Translations under genes and position numbers: made by a program
The notes under the pieces: model-generated
Seen by the model: only the letters and a program-made list of their open reading frames with translations
What the model was told of the DNA's origin: nothing
Databases searched by the model: none
NCBI GenBank assembly: GCA_050951805.1
Contig: JBMNJT010000002.1
Location: 736,001 to 800,000 of the forward strand
Direction of reading: 5' to 3'
DNA length: 64,000 nucleotides
Source: Bacillota bacterium
GTDB lineage: Bacteria > Bacillota > DTU025
Shown here: positions 47,536 through 58,801 of the stretch, piece by piece
Layout of the letters: every line of letters begins with the position of its first letter
Position numbering within the stretch: position 1 is the stretch's first letter

Positions 47536-49014
47536 ATGAATGCGGACTCAACATCGTCTAAAGATAGAAAAGTAAGGGTTAGGATCGCGCCATCGCCCAC
47601 AGGCAATTGCCATGTGGGGACGGCTCGGACTGCTCTGTACAACATGCTTTTTGCGCGGAAATACGGCGGCACATTCGTCCTGAGAATTGACAACACTGAC
47701 CTTGAACGAAGCACCAAAGAGTCAGAAGAAGGCGTCCTTGAAGGCTTGAGATGGCTGGGAATCAAGTGGGATGAAGGGCCGGACATAGGAGGGCCTTACG
47801 GTCCATATCGCCAGCTGGAACGGATGGATACCTACAAGGAAACTGTGGAGAAATTGCTTTCGGAGGGCAAAGCCTATTACTGCTATTGCACCCCTTCAGA
47901 GCTTGAGGAAGAGCGCAAGGCAGCGCTGGCTGCCGGAAAGCCTCCTCGATATTCCGGAAAGTGCAGGGAACTGAGTAGTGCGGACCGCGCGAGGCTGGAG
48001 GCGGAAGGAAGAAGGCCTGTGGTAAGGCTTCGTGTCCCCGATGTCACTTTGTCTTTTGACGATCTGATACGCGGGCATCAACAGAAAGACATGTCGGAGC
48101 GGGGAGATTTCATCATATTCAAGTCTGATGGCACTCCTGTGTATAACTTCGCCACTGTTGTGGACGAGCATTACATGGAGATGAGTCACGTATTCAGGGC
48201 AGTCGAGCACCTGACCAACACTTTCGACCAAGTATGCGTATACACAGCGATGGGATGGGAGCCACCTCAGTTCGGACACCTTACCCTAATGCTCAACCCT
48301 GACCGCACCAAGATCTCGAAGAGGGCTGGCGCAGTGTATATTGGCGAATTCAGGGAAATGGGTTATCTGCCAGAGGCCGTCATCAACTTCCTTGCCCTTC
48401 TGGGCTGGAACCCCGGCACTGAACAAGAGATATTCAGCATAGATGAGCTGGTGGAGGCATTTTCCGTGGACACGCTGTCGAAATCGGACGCTGTGTTCGA
48501 CATGAAGAAACTGGACTGGTTCAACGGAGTCTACATCAGGAGTCTCACCGTGCCTGATTTGGCCTCCAGAGTTCGCCCTTTTATGGAGGCTGCAGGCTAT
48601 TCGGTTGACGATACCGACTATCTGGAACGGGCAGTGGCGCTCATCACCGACAGGATAGGCAAGCTCACCGAGGCGCCGGATTTGCTTGGATTCCTCTTCG
48701 TCGACGACGTGGAACTTGACCCGAGCGCTCTCAAGACCAAAGCCAAGTTTTCGTACGACGACATAGCGCGCGGGCTTAAGGCGTCTGCTGACGCGCTCGA
48801 GAAGGTATCGACGTGGGAGCATGAGCCGATAGAGGAGGCACTCAGAGGGACCGCAACTGAGCTTGGCTGGAAAGCAGGGGAGCTGCTGATGCCTGTGAGG
48901 ATTGCTGTTACCGGCCGCCGAGTCACCCCGCCTCTCTTCGAGAGCCTTGTGCTGCTGGGCCGGGATCGATCTTTGGCCCGGATCAGAAAAGCCATAGCGC
49001 TTTTGGAGGAATAG
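47536..49014 (+). CDS. gltX: Glutamate--tRNA ligase
   Basis: 'RIAPSPTG', HIGH variant 'HVGT', 'WDEGP', 'YYCYC', 'KISKR', anticodon-binding domain present. Confidence 0.92.
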   Translation: MNADSTSSKDRKVRVRIAPSPTGNCHVGTARTALYNMLFARKYGGTFVLRIDNTDLERSTKESEEGVLEGLRWLGIKWDEGPDIGGPYGPYRQLERMDTYKETVEKLLSEGKAYYCYCTPSELEEERKAALAAGKPPRYSGKCRELSSADRARLEAEGRRPVVRLRVPDVTLSFDDLIRGHQQKDMSERGDFIIFKSDGTPVYNFATVVDEHYMEMSHVFRAVEHLTNTFDQVCVYTAMGWEPPQFGHLTLMLNPDRTKISKRAGAVYIGEFREMGYLPEAVINFLALLGWNPGTEQEIFSIDELVEAFSVDTLSKSDAVFDMKKLDWFNGVYIRSLTVPDLASRVRPFMEAAGYSVDDTDYLERAVALITDRIGKLTEAPDLLGFLFVDDVELDPSALKTKAKFSYDDIARGLKASADALEKVSTWEHEPIEEALRGTATELGWKAGELLMPVRIAVTGRRVTPPLFESLVLLGRDRSLARIRKAIALLEE

Positions 49015-49018
49015 GGGC

Positions 49019-51283
49019 ATGGGCGGAGATCTCCTTGGCGCATTGAATGAGCCGCAGCGAGAGGCCGTCGTTTGTGTCGACGGCCCGCTTCTCATTCTTG
49101 CCGGCGCAGGGAGCGGAAAAACCAGGGTCCTCACGCATAGAGCAGCCTACCTGATATCGGAAAGAAGGGTGCCTCCATACAGAATACTGGCTGTGACGTT
49201 TACCAACAAGGCTGCCAAGGAAATGAAGAACAGAGTAGAAGAACTCGTTGGTGCGCGTGCGGACCTCATGTGGATATCAACATTTCACTCTTTGTGCGCG
49301 AGAATGTTGAGAGAGGACATACCCTCACTTGGTTACAAGAAGAGCTTTACGATACTGGATGAATCTGATCAAACGGCCGTGGTCAAGAAGTGCCTCGATG
49401 ACCTCAACATTTCCGGCGACATGTTCAAGCCGCAGGCAGTGCTCGCTGCCATCAGCTCTGCAAAGAATGAGTTGATAGGTCCTGAGGAACTTGAGGCCAA
49501 TGCACGCGATCCCAGAACTCGTACGATGGGGCAGATATATGCGGCTTATCAGAGCACGCTTGTTCGAGGCAATGCTCTGGATTTTGACGATCTCATAACC
49601 CTTGCAGTGAGGTTGCTCCGGGAATGTCCCGAGATTCTCGAGAAATGGCAGGACAGATTCGAATACCTGATGGTAGATGAATATCAGGACACTAACCATG
49701 CCCAGTACATTCTCGTCAAACTCCTTGCAGCAAGGAGTAGGAACCTGTGTGTAGTGGGGGATGACGACCAATCGATATACGAATGGCGCGGCGCCGATAT
49801 CCGCAACATCCTGGATTTCGAGCGTGATTATCCCGAAGCCCGTGTGATCAAGCTGGAGCAGAACTATAGGTCAACCCAGAACATCCTTAATGCAGCAAAT
49901 TGCGTGATAGCCAACAACAAAGGGCGTAAGGACAAGAGCCTTTGGACTTCCCGAGGTTCGGGCTCTCCGATCTTTGTGCACTGTGCCGAGAATGAACGGG
50001 ATGAGGGAAGGTTCATTGCAGACGAGATTCAGCGGCTTGCAGCTCTTGAAGGAAGGGCGTATCGCGACTTTGCAGTACTATACAGGGTAAATGCGCAGTC
50101 GAGGGCGATAGAAGAAGTCCTCTTGAATAGGGGCATACCGTACAAGATCGTCGGCGGCCTCAAGTTCTACGAGCGGCGCGAGATAAAGGACGTCCTGGCC
50201 TACTTGCGAGTGATTGAGAACCCCGAGGATTCCCTTGCCCTTGAACGGATAATCAATGTTCCGCGTAGGGGAATAGGTGATGCTACACTTGCCATAGTCC
50301 GCAGACTCTCAGAAGAGGCCGGAGTTCCACTCTATGCAGGGGTCGAATTGGCGGTCCGAGCGTCGGATACTCCGAGCCGAGCCAGGAGCGGGTTGTCGCA
50401 GTTTCTCCAGTTGATGGAGGGCCTCCAATCGCGCAAAGGGGAGGCTACGGTCTCTCAGCTTGTAGAGATGGTCCTCGAAAAGACTGGCTACATTCGTGAG
50501 CTGGAACGGGAACAGACTCTGGAGGCCGAGGGCAGAATAGAGAACCTCAGAGAGCTTCTCACCGTGACTCAGGAATTTGAGGCCAGGCGTATGGAGAATT
50601 CTGTTGAGGATGGCGGTGGACCGACAGATATTGGAGCTTTTCTCGAAGAAGTCTCACTCCTTACCGATCTGGACAGGGCAGACCTTTCAGATGATTCCAT
50701 TACACTGATGACGATGCATGCAGCCAAGGGCCTCGAGTTCCCCGTGGTTTTCATCGCTGGCATGGAAGAGAATATCTTTCCCCTTGCGCGATCCGCCCGC
50801 GAGGAGCGCTCTCTCGAGGAGGAACGGCGTCTTTGTTACGTGGGGATCACGCGCGCAAAGGACAGGCTATACCTTGTGCATTCTGTGATGCGCATGATCT
50901 ATGGTTCGACGATGGCAAACGCGCCGTCGCGATTTCTGGGCGAGATTCCAAAGGAGCTGCTGGCCGATGCGATGCATGATAGGCGAAGCCTCTGGGGCAG
51001 ATCGGACGGGCCCGCTTCGCCGGTTATACGTGCTCACTCCGTGGAAGGGCGGTCTGGGACAGCATGGAACCGGGGCGACAGCAGTGACGGGGGAGGCGAA
51101 AACCACGGCGGGGACGGTAGTGCAGAGTATTCTGCCGGTGATCGCGTCAGGCATGCCAAGTTCGGTGAAGGAACGGTTGTGGCCGTGGCAAGAGGCGGGA
51201 ATGATTGGGTCATAACAGTGGCGTTCCCCGGAGGGGGAATCAAGCATTTGGCGCAGAGCTTTGCGCCCATGGAGAGAATCTAG
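49019..51283 (+). CDS. pcrA: ATP-dependent DNA helicase PcrA
   Basis: 'AGAGSGKT', 'TFTNKAA', 'DEYQD', 'LEQNYRS', 'HAAKGLEF', C-terminal Tudor-like 'GDRVRHAKFGEG'. Confidence 0.97.
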   Translation: MGGDLLGALNEPQREAVVCVDGPLLILAGAGSGKTRVLTHRAAYLISERRVPPYRILAVTFTNKAAKEMKNRVEELVGARADLMWISTFHSLCARMLREDIPSLGYKKSFTILDESDQTAVVKKCLDDLNISGDMFKPQAVLAAISSAKNELIGPEELEANARDPRTRTMGQIYAAYQSTLVRGNALDFDDLITLAVRLLRECPEILEKWQDRFEYLMVDEYQDTNHAQYILVKLLAARSRNLCVVGDDDQSIYEWRGADIRNILDFERDYPEARVIKLEQNYRSTQNILNAANCVIANNKGRKDKSLWTSRGSGSPIFVHCAENERDEGRFIADEIQRLAALEGRAYRDFAVLYRVNAQSRAIEEVLLNRGIPYKIVGGLKFYERREIKDVLAYLRVIENPEDSLALERIINVPRRGIGDATLAIVRRLSEEAGVPLYAGVELAVRASDTPSRARSGLSQFLQLMEGLQSRKGEATVSQLVEMVLEKTGYIRELEREQTLEAEGRIENLRELLTVTQEFEARRMENSVEDGGGPTDIGAFLEEVSLLTDLDRADLSDDSITLMTMHAAKGLEFPVVFIAGMEENIFPLARSAREERSLEEERRLCYVGITRAKDRLYLVHSVMRMIYGSTMANAPSRFLGEIPKELLADAMHDRRSLWGRSDGPASPVIRAHSVEGRSGTAWNRGDSSDGGGENHGGDGSAEYSAGDRVRHAKFGEGTVVAVARGGNDWVITVAFPGGGIKHLAQSFAPMERI

Positions 51284-53332
<2,049 letters not shown>

Positions 53333-53337
53333 TCCTT

Positions 53338-53661
53338 GTGATGGTGGTGAGTGAATTGAGCATTTCAAAGGAGGAGACAGCCCATATTGCCGAATTGGCT
53401 AGGTTGAGCCTGCATGAATCAGAACTTGCTCAGGCACAACATGACCTTTCTGAGATAATCGATTACATGAACAAAATTGCCGGGCTAAATACGGACGGGG
53501 TGGCGCTGACCATTCAACCTTGTCCGGTCGCCAATGTATGGCGCGAGGACGTGGTTCTGCCCTCGCTCAATCGTGAGGAGGTACTTGCCAATGCCCCCGA
53601 CAGGCAGGGCGAGTTCTTCCGGGTGCCAAGGATAATCGAGGCAGAGGGGGCAGACGAATGA
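53338..53661 (+). CDS. gatC: Asp/Glu-tRNA amidotransferase subunit C
   Basis: 'HIAELARL', 'RED', 'LANAP', 'FRVPRI'. Confidence 0.92.
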   Translation: MMVVSELSISKEETAHIAELARLSLHESELAQAQHDLSEIIDYMNKIAGLNTDGVALTIQPCPVANVWREDVVLPSLNREEVLANAPDRQGEFFRVPRIIEAEGADE

Positions 53662-55160
53662 AGCTGTGCGACATGACCATTCACGAGCTTGCAGCATTGC
53701 TTCGGGCAGGAGAAGTCACATCCACGGAGATAACCGAATCTGTCTTTGATCGGATAGATCAGGTAGAGGAATCAGTTGGCGCTTATGTGACCACCGCCCG
53801 CGACCAGGCGTTTGAACAGGCAGCTGCGGCAGATAAGCGACTGCTTCAAGCGCGGAAAAGAGGAAGTCTCTCTGATATCAGCCCGCTGATGGGGATTCCA
53901 TTGGCATTGAAGGACAATATCTGTACCCGGGGCATCAGGACAACGTGTGCTTCGAAGATGCTTGCGGATTTTGTGCCGCCATACGATGCGACTGTAGCCA
54001 GGCGTCTCGGGGACTTGGGCGCAGTAATTGTAGGGAAGACCAACATGGACGAGTTTGCCATGGGATCATCAACGGAGAACTCGGCATTCCACGTTACCCG
54101 GAATCCGTGGGATTTTGAGAGGGTGCCCGGGGGCTCTAGCGGGGGCTCAGCGGCGGCGGTGGCGGCCGGAGAGGCCATAGGCGCCTTAGGGACAGATACA
54201 GGGGGTTCAGTGCGGCAACCCGCCTCATTCTGCGGACTCGTCGGATTGAAGCCGACGTATGCACGGGTGAGCAGATACGGAGTAGTGGCATTTTCGTCAT
54301 CTCTAGACCAAGTTGGCCCTATTACCCGGGACGTTTGGGACTGTGCAATCATGTTGAGAGCAATAGCAGGCCGTGACGAACGTGACGCGACGTCTTCACC
54401 TGAACCGGTTCCTGATTACTGCGGATTTCTGAAAGAGACAGACAGAGATTTTACTATTGGGGTGCCTTCCGAATTCATGCATTCAGGGCTCGATAGTGGC
54501 ATCAGGGAACTGATCGATAATGCAGTGCGTGCTCTGGAAGACGCGGGAGCGCGAATTGTGGAGGTATCGTTGCCACATTCGGACTATGCGATTGCAGTCT
54601 ACTACCTTATTGCCACCGCCGAGGCCAGCTCGAACCTGGCGCGTATGGATGGGATTAGGTATGGCTTTCGAGCCGAGGATGCCCATGGCGTTCAGGCAGT
54701 GATAAGGCAGAGCAGAAGCGAGGGGTTTGGTCCCGAGGTGAAGCGCCGCATCATGTTGGGCACCCACGCGTTGAGCTCGAAGCATTATGATGAGTACTAT
54801 CTCAAGGCACTGAAGGCACGAACTCTAATACTAGGTGACGTGAAAGAAGTTCTCGAGAAATGTGATTGCATCATCTCGCCGACGTCGCCGACGGTGGCGT
54901 TCAGAATAGGCGAAAAGCTAGATGACCCCGTGGCCCTGTATTTGATGGATGTTTACACAACCATAGCTAACCTTTCAGGCATGCCTGCGGTATCCGTGCC
55001 ATGCGGGACCCTTAAAGGACTCCCTGTCGGAGCCCAACTTATAGGGAGGGCTTTTGACGAGGGCACACTATTTCGCATTGCCCATCTGTTGGAGCAGGCA
55101 TGCGGCGAGTCGGTAAAGCGGCCGCCACTTGAAGCCATGAAAGGGGGGCGTGACAGATGA
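53658..55160 (+). CDS. gatA: Asp/Glu-tRNA amidotransferase subunit A
   Basis: 'KDNI', 'KTNMDEFAMGSS', 'PGGSSGGS', 'DTGGSVRQP', 'EVKRRIMLG'. Confidence 0.97.
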   Translation: MKLCDMTIHELAALLRAGEVTSTEITESVFDRIDQVEESVGAYVTTARDQAFEQAAAADKRLLQARKRGSLSDISPLMGIPLALKDNICTRGIRTTCASKMLADFVPPYDATVARRLGDLGAVIVGKTNMDEFAMGSSTENSAFHVTRNPWDFERVPGGSSGGSAAAVAAGEAIGALGTDTGGSVRQPASFCGLVGLKPTYARVSRYGVVAFSSSLDQVGPITRDVWDCAIMLRAIAGRDERDATSSPEPVPDYCGFLKETDRDFTIGVPSEFMHSGLDSGIRELIDNAVRALEDAGARIVEVSLPHSDYAIAVYYLIATAEASSNLARMDGIRYGFRAEDAHGVQAVIRQSRSEGFGPEVKRRIMLGTHALSSKHYDEYYLKALKARTLILGDVKEVLEKCDCIISPTSPTVAFRIGEKLDDPVALYLMDVYTTIANLSGMPAVSVPCGTLKGLPVGAQLIGRAFDEGTLFRIAHLLEQACGESVKRPPLEAMKGGRDR

Positions 55161-56611
55161 CTTCGGATTATGAAGTTGTTGTTGGAATAGAAGTCCACGT
55201 CGAGTTGGCTACTGAATCCAAGGTGTTCTGTGGGTGCAGGACAGCTTTCGGGGCCGAGCCGAATACCCAAACATGCCCCACATGCTTGGGCATGCCTGGC
55301 GCTCTTCCAGTGCTCAACAAGAGGGCATTGGAGTTCGCGATTCGCGCTGCTTTGGCCCTCAACTGTTCTGTAGCAGACTATACTAAATTCGATCGAAAGA
55401 ACTACTTCTATCCTGACTTGCCCAAAGGTTATCAGATATCCCAGTATGACTGCCCAATAGGGAGCAATGGATACATGGACGTGGATGTCAATGGCGAGTC
55501 CAAACGGATAAGGATCAAAAGAGTTCATCTCGAGGAAGAGACGGCCAAACTGATGCATGCCGGAGATGACATTATTTCCGCCAGCCATTCGCTGCTCGAT
55601 TTCAACAGGTCGGGGATTCCACTGATCGAGATCGTATCTGAGGCGGACATGAGGTCCGCTGATGAGGCAAGGGCTTACCTCACTAAGCTTCGCTCCATAT
55701 TGCTTGCTATCGGAGTATCTGACTGCAAGATGGAGGAGGGTTCCATGAGGTGTGAAGCTAACATCTCGGTGATGCCTCGCGGGTCTGAACAGTATGGTAC
55801 GTTGGTAGAATTGAAGAACATCGCCTCTTTCCGGGCCGTGCACAGGGCCATTCAGTATGAGGCGGCGAGGCAGATAGAGATTGTGAGCTCTGGTGGAGAG
55901 GTGGCGAGGGAGACTCGCCATTGGGACGATGCCAAAGGCGAGACTGCGTTCATGAGGGGGAAGGAAGAGGCGCATGACTATCGCTATTTCCCCGAACCCG
56001 ACCTTGGTCCAATCGTGATTGATAGGGCATGGGTGGAGAAGATCCGAGTTGAGCTGCCTGAGCTTCCTGACGCCAAGGCTGAGAGATACATGCGCGAATG
56101 GGATTTGCCGAAGTATGATGCTTGCCAGATCGCAGACTCCGCAGACCTTTCGGATTTATTCGAGAAGACCTGTGCCATCGTGGGAGAGGGGCGAGAGGTT
56201 GCCAAGTGGATATTGGGAGAGGTCATGGCGTCTCTTAATGCTACAGGTATTGAGCTGTCGGAATCCAAACTCACCCCGGAGCTTTTCGCAGAGCTCATAG
56301 ATCTGATGACGACTGGGAAGATATCCGGCAAGATTGCCAAGTCAGTCTTTGAGGATGTTTTTAGTAACGGCAGGCGCCCAAGCGACATAGTGAAAGAGCG
56401 CGGATTGCTACAGATAAGCGATGTTGGTGAACTTGTGACCATTGTCGAAAAGGTGATCGACGCTAATCCTGGCCCCGTAGCTGACTATCATGCCGGCAAA
56501 GAGAGGGCGTTGGGGTTCTTGGTAGGTCAGGTCATGAAGGAGACTCGTGGCCGGGCAAATCCTCAGGAGACTAACAGGATCCTCAGGGAAGAGTTGGACA
56601 AGAGGGCTTGA
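55157..56611 (+). CDS. gatB: Asp/Glu-tRNA amidotransferase subunit B
   Basis: 'GIEVHVEL', 'RKNYFYPDLPKGYQISQ', 'DYRYFPEPDL', 'GQVMKETRGRANP'. Confidence 0.97.
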   Translation: MTSDYEVVVGIEVHVELATESKVFCGCRTAFGAEPNTQTCPTCLGMPGALPVLNKRALEFAIRAALALNCSVADYTKFDRKNYFYPDLPKGYQISQYDCPIGSNGYMDVDVNGESKRIRIKRVHLEEETAKLMHAGDDIISASHSLLDFNRSGIPLIEIVSEADMRSADEARAYLTKLRSILLAIGVSDCKMEEGSMRCEANISVMPRGSEQYGTLVELKNIASFRAVHRAIQYEAARQIEIVSSGGEVARETRHWDDAKGETAFMRGKEEAHDYRYFPEPDLGPIVIDRAWVEKIRVELPELPDAKAERYMREWDLPKYDACQIADSADLSDLFEKTCAIVGEGREVAKWILGEVMASLNATGIELSESKLTPELFAELIDLMTTGKISGKIAKSVFEDVFSNGRRPSDIVKERGLLQISDVGELVTIVEKVIDANPGPVADYHAGKERALGFLVGQVMKETRGRANPQETNRILREELDKRA

Positions 56612-56697
56612 GGACATATTGTTAAGCTCGAAGAATTTGGGTTGCCCCTCGCGCAAGAGCATGGATCTAGATAGTATTTGTCTGAGTGCAAAGCAAG

Positions 56698-56727
56698 GGC
56701 GTGCAGACGAGTATTCGTCTGCGCGCC
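56698..56727. terminator. 13-bp hairpin between convergent units (candidate terminator)
   Basis: GGCGTGCAGACGA-GTAT-TCGTCTGCGCGCC; followed on the - strand by CTTGCTTTG. Confidence 0.5.
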
Positions 56728-56912
56728 TCATCGTGCTGTTCGGTGCTAATAAGATGAAAGTCCCGAACGAGGGTAATGACAAGGGTGTTGTTGCGAGGCA
56801 AGGCCCGAAGACTGGCTAACCTAGGAGGAACTGGTCCCGCCTGAAATCGAGTCTGAGTTTGCCAGTATGATAATCCTTTCAGATGCAGCGTCCGGGACTT
56901 GGATGTTAGGCA

Positions 56913-56978
56913 AAACGTAACCAGTTAAGACTTAGATTAGTCAACCAGGGCCGGGCCTTTAAGCGTGGGGTGGTTGAC
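56913..56978 (-). mobile_element. Remnant of an IS200/IS605-family (IscB-type) element end / 5' part of an omega(HEARO)-like RNA; no ORF
   Basis: - strand reads GTCAACCACCCCACGCTTAAAGGCCCGGCCCTGGTTGACTAATCTAAGTCTTAACTGGTTACGTTTT. Terminal stem GTCAACCA/TGGTTGAC plus 'CTAAGTCTTAACTG..TACGTT', as recalled for iscB-upstream RNAs. It begins exactly where a PIG-L gene is cut off. Confidence 0.65.
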
Positions 56979-57060
56979 TGTCGTGCGGATGAGGTTGAAC
57001 GCACAATATGGAGCTTAGGACTTCCAGATTTGGGTAGTGAAAGAACCCCGATAGATCCAT
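56979..57060 (-). pseudogene. Truncated PIG-L family deacetylase (first 27 codons)
   Basis: SD GGAGG (57069-73), 8 nt, ATG 57060: MDLSGFFHYPNLEVLSSILCVQPHPHD, matching the PIG-L 'ILCVQPHPDD' motif. The frame then enters the element and stops at 56959. Confidence 0.7.
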
Positions 57061-57128
57061 GGAACCAACCTCCATCTGGGCCATGCCGATGCTAAAGTTT
57101 ACTGTGAAAGCTGTGAGAGATGTTCACA

Positions 57129-58478
57129 TTACCCTTCCGCACTGCGCTTCTTCTCTATTCCCTGTATGATGGCTTCTCTACGGTCTCCGTCGATGGGGTA
57201 GTAATAGAGTGCTATCAGTGCTAGCACTAGCGAGACTATGGGGACTACTGTCATGAGAATCCTGAAACCTGGAATGACTGTGCTAGGCTGAGAGGCGAGA
57301 TTCGGGTTGTACCCGTGCATTCCCATGATCGCACTGAAGGTGATAGCCTCGAGGGAGACTCCAAGGCGCATAACAAATGCGTTCGCGCCAAAGTAGGCGC
57401 CTTCTCGACGGGTTCCAGTACCGAGTTCGTCTTCGTCAATGACGTCGGCTATGAGAACGTCAATAATCACCATGAGGCCAGCGAGGCCTATGCCTGCGAA
57501 GGCCGAAGTGATCATCCCGCCAAGGAGGGTTGTGACGTATCCGAAAGGAATAAGGGCTACCGCAAACACGACGGCTGCTACCATTGCTGTGCGTCGCGGC
57601 CCTATGCGATTCGTCACACGTCCCCACACCCAAACCATAGGAAGCGCGACTAGAAATATGGGCGCCAACACGAGCGTATTTTGAGCGTCGGTGAGTCCGA
57701 GAACATACTTGCAGAAAAACGGCATGGTGGCTGGCAACAGAACGAAGGTGAACTGGATTAATAGACTTGCGAGAACGAACGTTACAAAGGACTTGTTCAC
57801 GAAGGTGTGTTTGAAGGCCTCACTTACGCGTAGCCCTTGCTGCTCGCTGAAGTCTGGATTCTCTTTCGACCCGAGCAGGCTTAGGAACATGCTCAATCCG
57901 CCTATGACCGCGAAGAGAATACCCATTCCGGCCCAGCCGAACCATTGCCTGAACTGAGGAGCAAGGACCATGCCTATGATCATTCCTACAATTCCGAGGG
58001 CCTGGCGAAGGGCGGATACTTGGGAACGCTGTGTCAGCGAGGGATACATTTCGGGGTAGAGGGCGGTCCAGTTCAGGACGACTACTGTGAATAGCCCGTC
58101 GAAGAGGAAGGCGGTGACGAGAAAATAGGCGAACAGCGACCTGGAGCTTGCCTGCGCCCACTGGGGAACCCACCACACAAGGGCGAAGATGATGCAGAAT
58201 GGAATAGTGCCGAAAAGGATGAACGGAATCCTTCGCCCCCAGCGCGTGCGCGTGTTGTCTGACCATTGTCCTGCCAGGGGGTCGTTGATGGCATTCCATA
58301 TGCCATAGAGAGCCATGCCTGTTCCGTAAAGCGCTAATGGCATTTTCAGAATGTCGACGTAGTAGAGCTGAACCCAAGCATTGAAGGCTTGTCCGAGAAG
58401 TGCTGCGCTGAACGAGCCAAGGCTATAGAGAAAGGCCCCTGCGGTGGTTCCGTGGTATTTGCCGATCTTTCCAGTCAC
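57129..58478 (-). CDS. GPH (MelB-like) MFS sugar/glycoside:cation symporter
   Basis: 'WNAINDPLAGQWSDNTRTRWGRRIPF', 'ADVIDEDELGTGTRREG'; 12 TMs; GTG 58478 after GGAGG. Confidence 0.9.
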   Translation of the reverse strand: MTGKIGKYHGTTAGAFLYSLGSFSAALLGQAFNAWVQLYYVDILKMPLALYGTGMALYGIWNAINDPLAGQWSDNTRTRWGRRIPFILFGTIPFCIIFALVWWVPQWAQASSRSLFAYFLVTAFLFDGLFTVVVLNWTALYPEMYPSLTQRSQVSALRQALGIVGMIIGMVLAPQFRQWFGWAGMGILFAVIGGLSMFLSLLGSKENPDFSEQQGLRVSEAFKHTFVNKSFVTFVLASLLIQFTFVLLPATMPFFCKYVLGLTDAQNTLVLAPIFLVALPMVWVWGRVTNRIGPRRTAMVAAVVFAVALIPFGYVTTLLGGMITSAFAGIGLAGLMVIIDVLIADVIDEDELGTGTRREGAYFGANAFVMRLGVSLEAITFSAIMGMHGYNPNLASQPSTVIPGFRILMTVVPIVSLVLALIALYYYPIDGDRREAIIQGIEKKRSAEG

Positions 58479-58719
58479 TTGAACCCCTCCCAACAGTGAT
58501 TCTGACGAATGTTTCGACATTGGCAGGCAATCGCCTGCTATGACTCATAGTTGGCATGTGGCTATTATTGTGCTGTAGATTACGCATCACAAAGCACTCT
58601 CAGAGCTTGACTCAACCACGAATGCCTGATCCGCCACCGGTTTCTTTATGGGGGTTTGATGAAACCGAAAGTAGAGAGGGCAATGTCCTTTCTTTGCTGC
58701 ATGGTCGGACTTTCCCTGG

Positions 58720-58749
58720 AAAGCGAGAGAGAGGGTTGCCCCTCTCTCT
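58720..58749 (-). terminator. Terminator after clpB
   Basis: - strand AGAGAGAGGG-GCAA-CCCTCTCTCT then CGCTTT (10-bp stem, GNRA loop). Confidence 0.65.
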
Positions 58750-58801
58750 GATATCTATTCATCTGTGGCGATGAGCATCCGCGTAGATGTCCGTTCTTGA
58801 G

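Noticed and set aside
56810-56920. Plus-strand protein-like stretch EELVPPEIESEFASMIILSDAASGTWMLGKT*
   Set aside because: Preceded by an in-frame stop with no start and no recognisable family. Noted because it may mean the omega-like remnant ends near 56913.
58591-58617. AAAGCACTC, resembling a CIRCE half-site near clpB
   Set aside because: The second half-site is absent and it lies downstream of clpB, not in a heat-shock promoter.
58705-58718. Minus-strand GGGAAAGTCC, resembling the RNase P RNA 5' conserved motif
   Set aside because: The other RNase P conserved regions are missing and there is too little space before the transporter gene.
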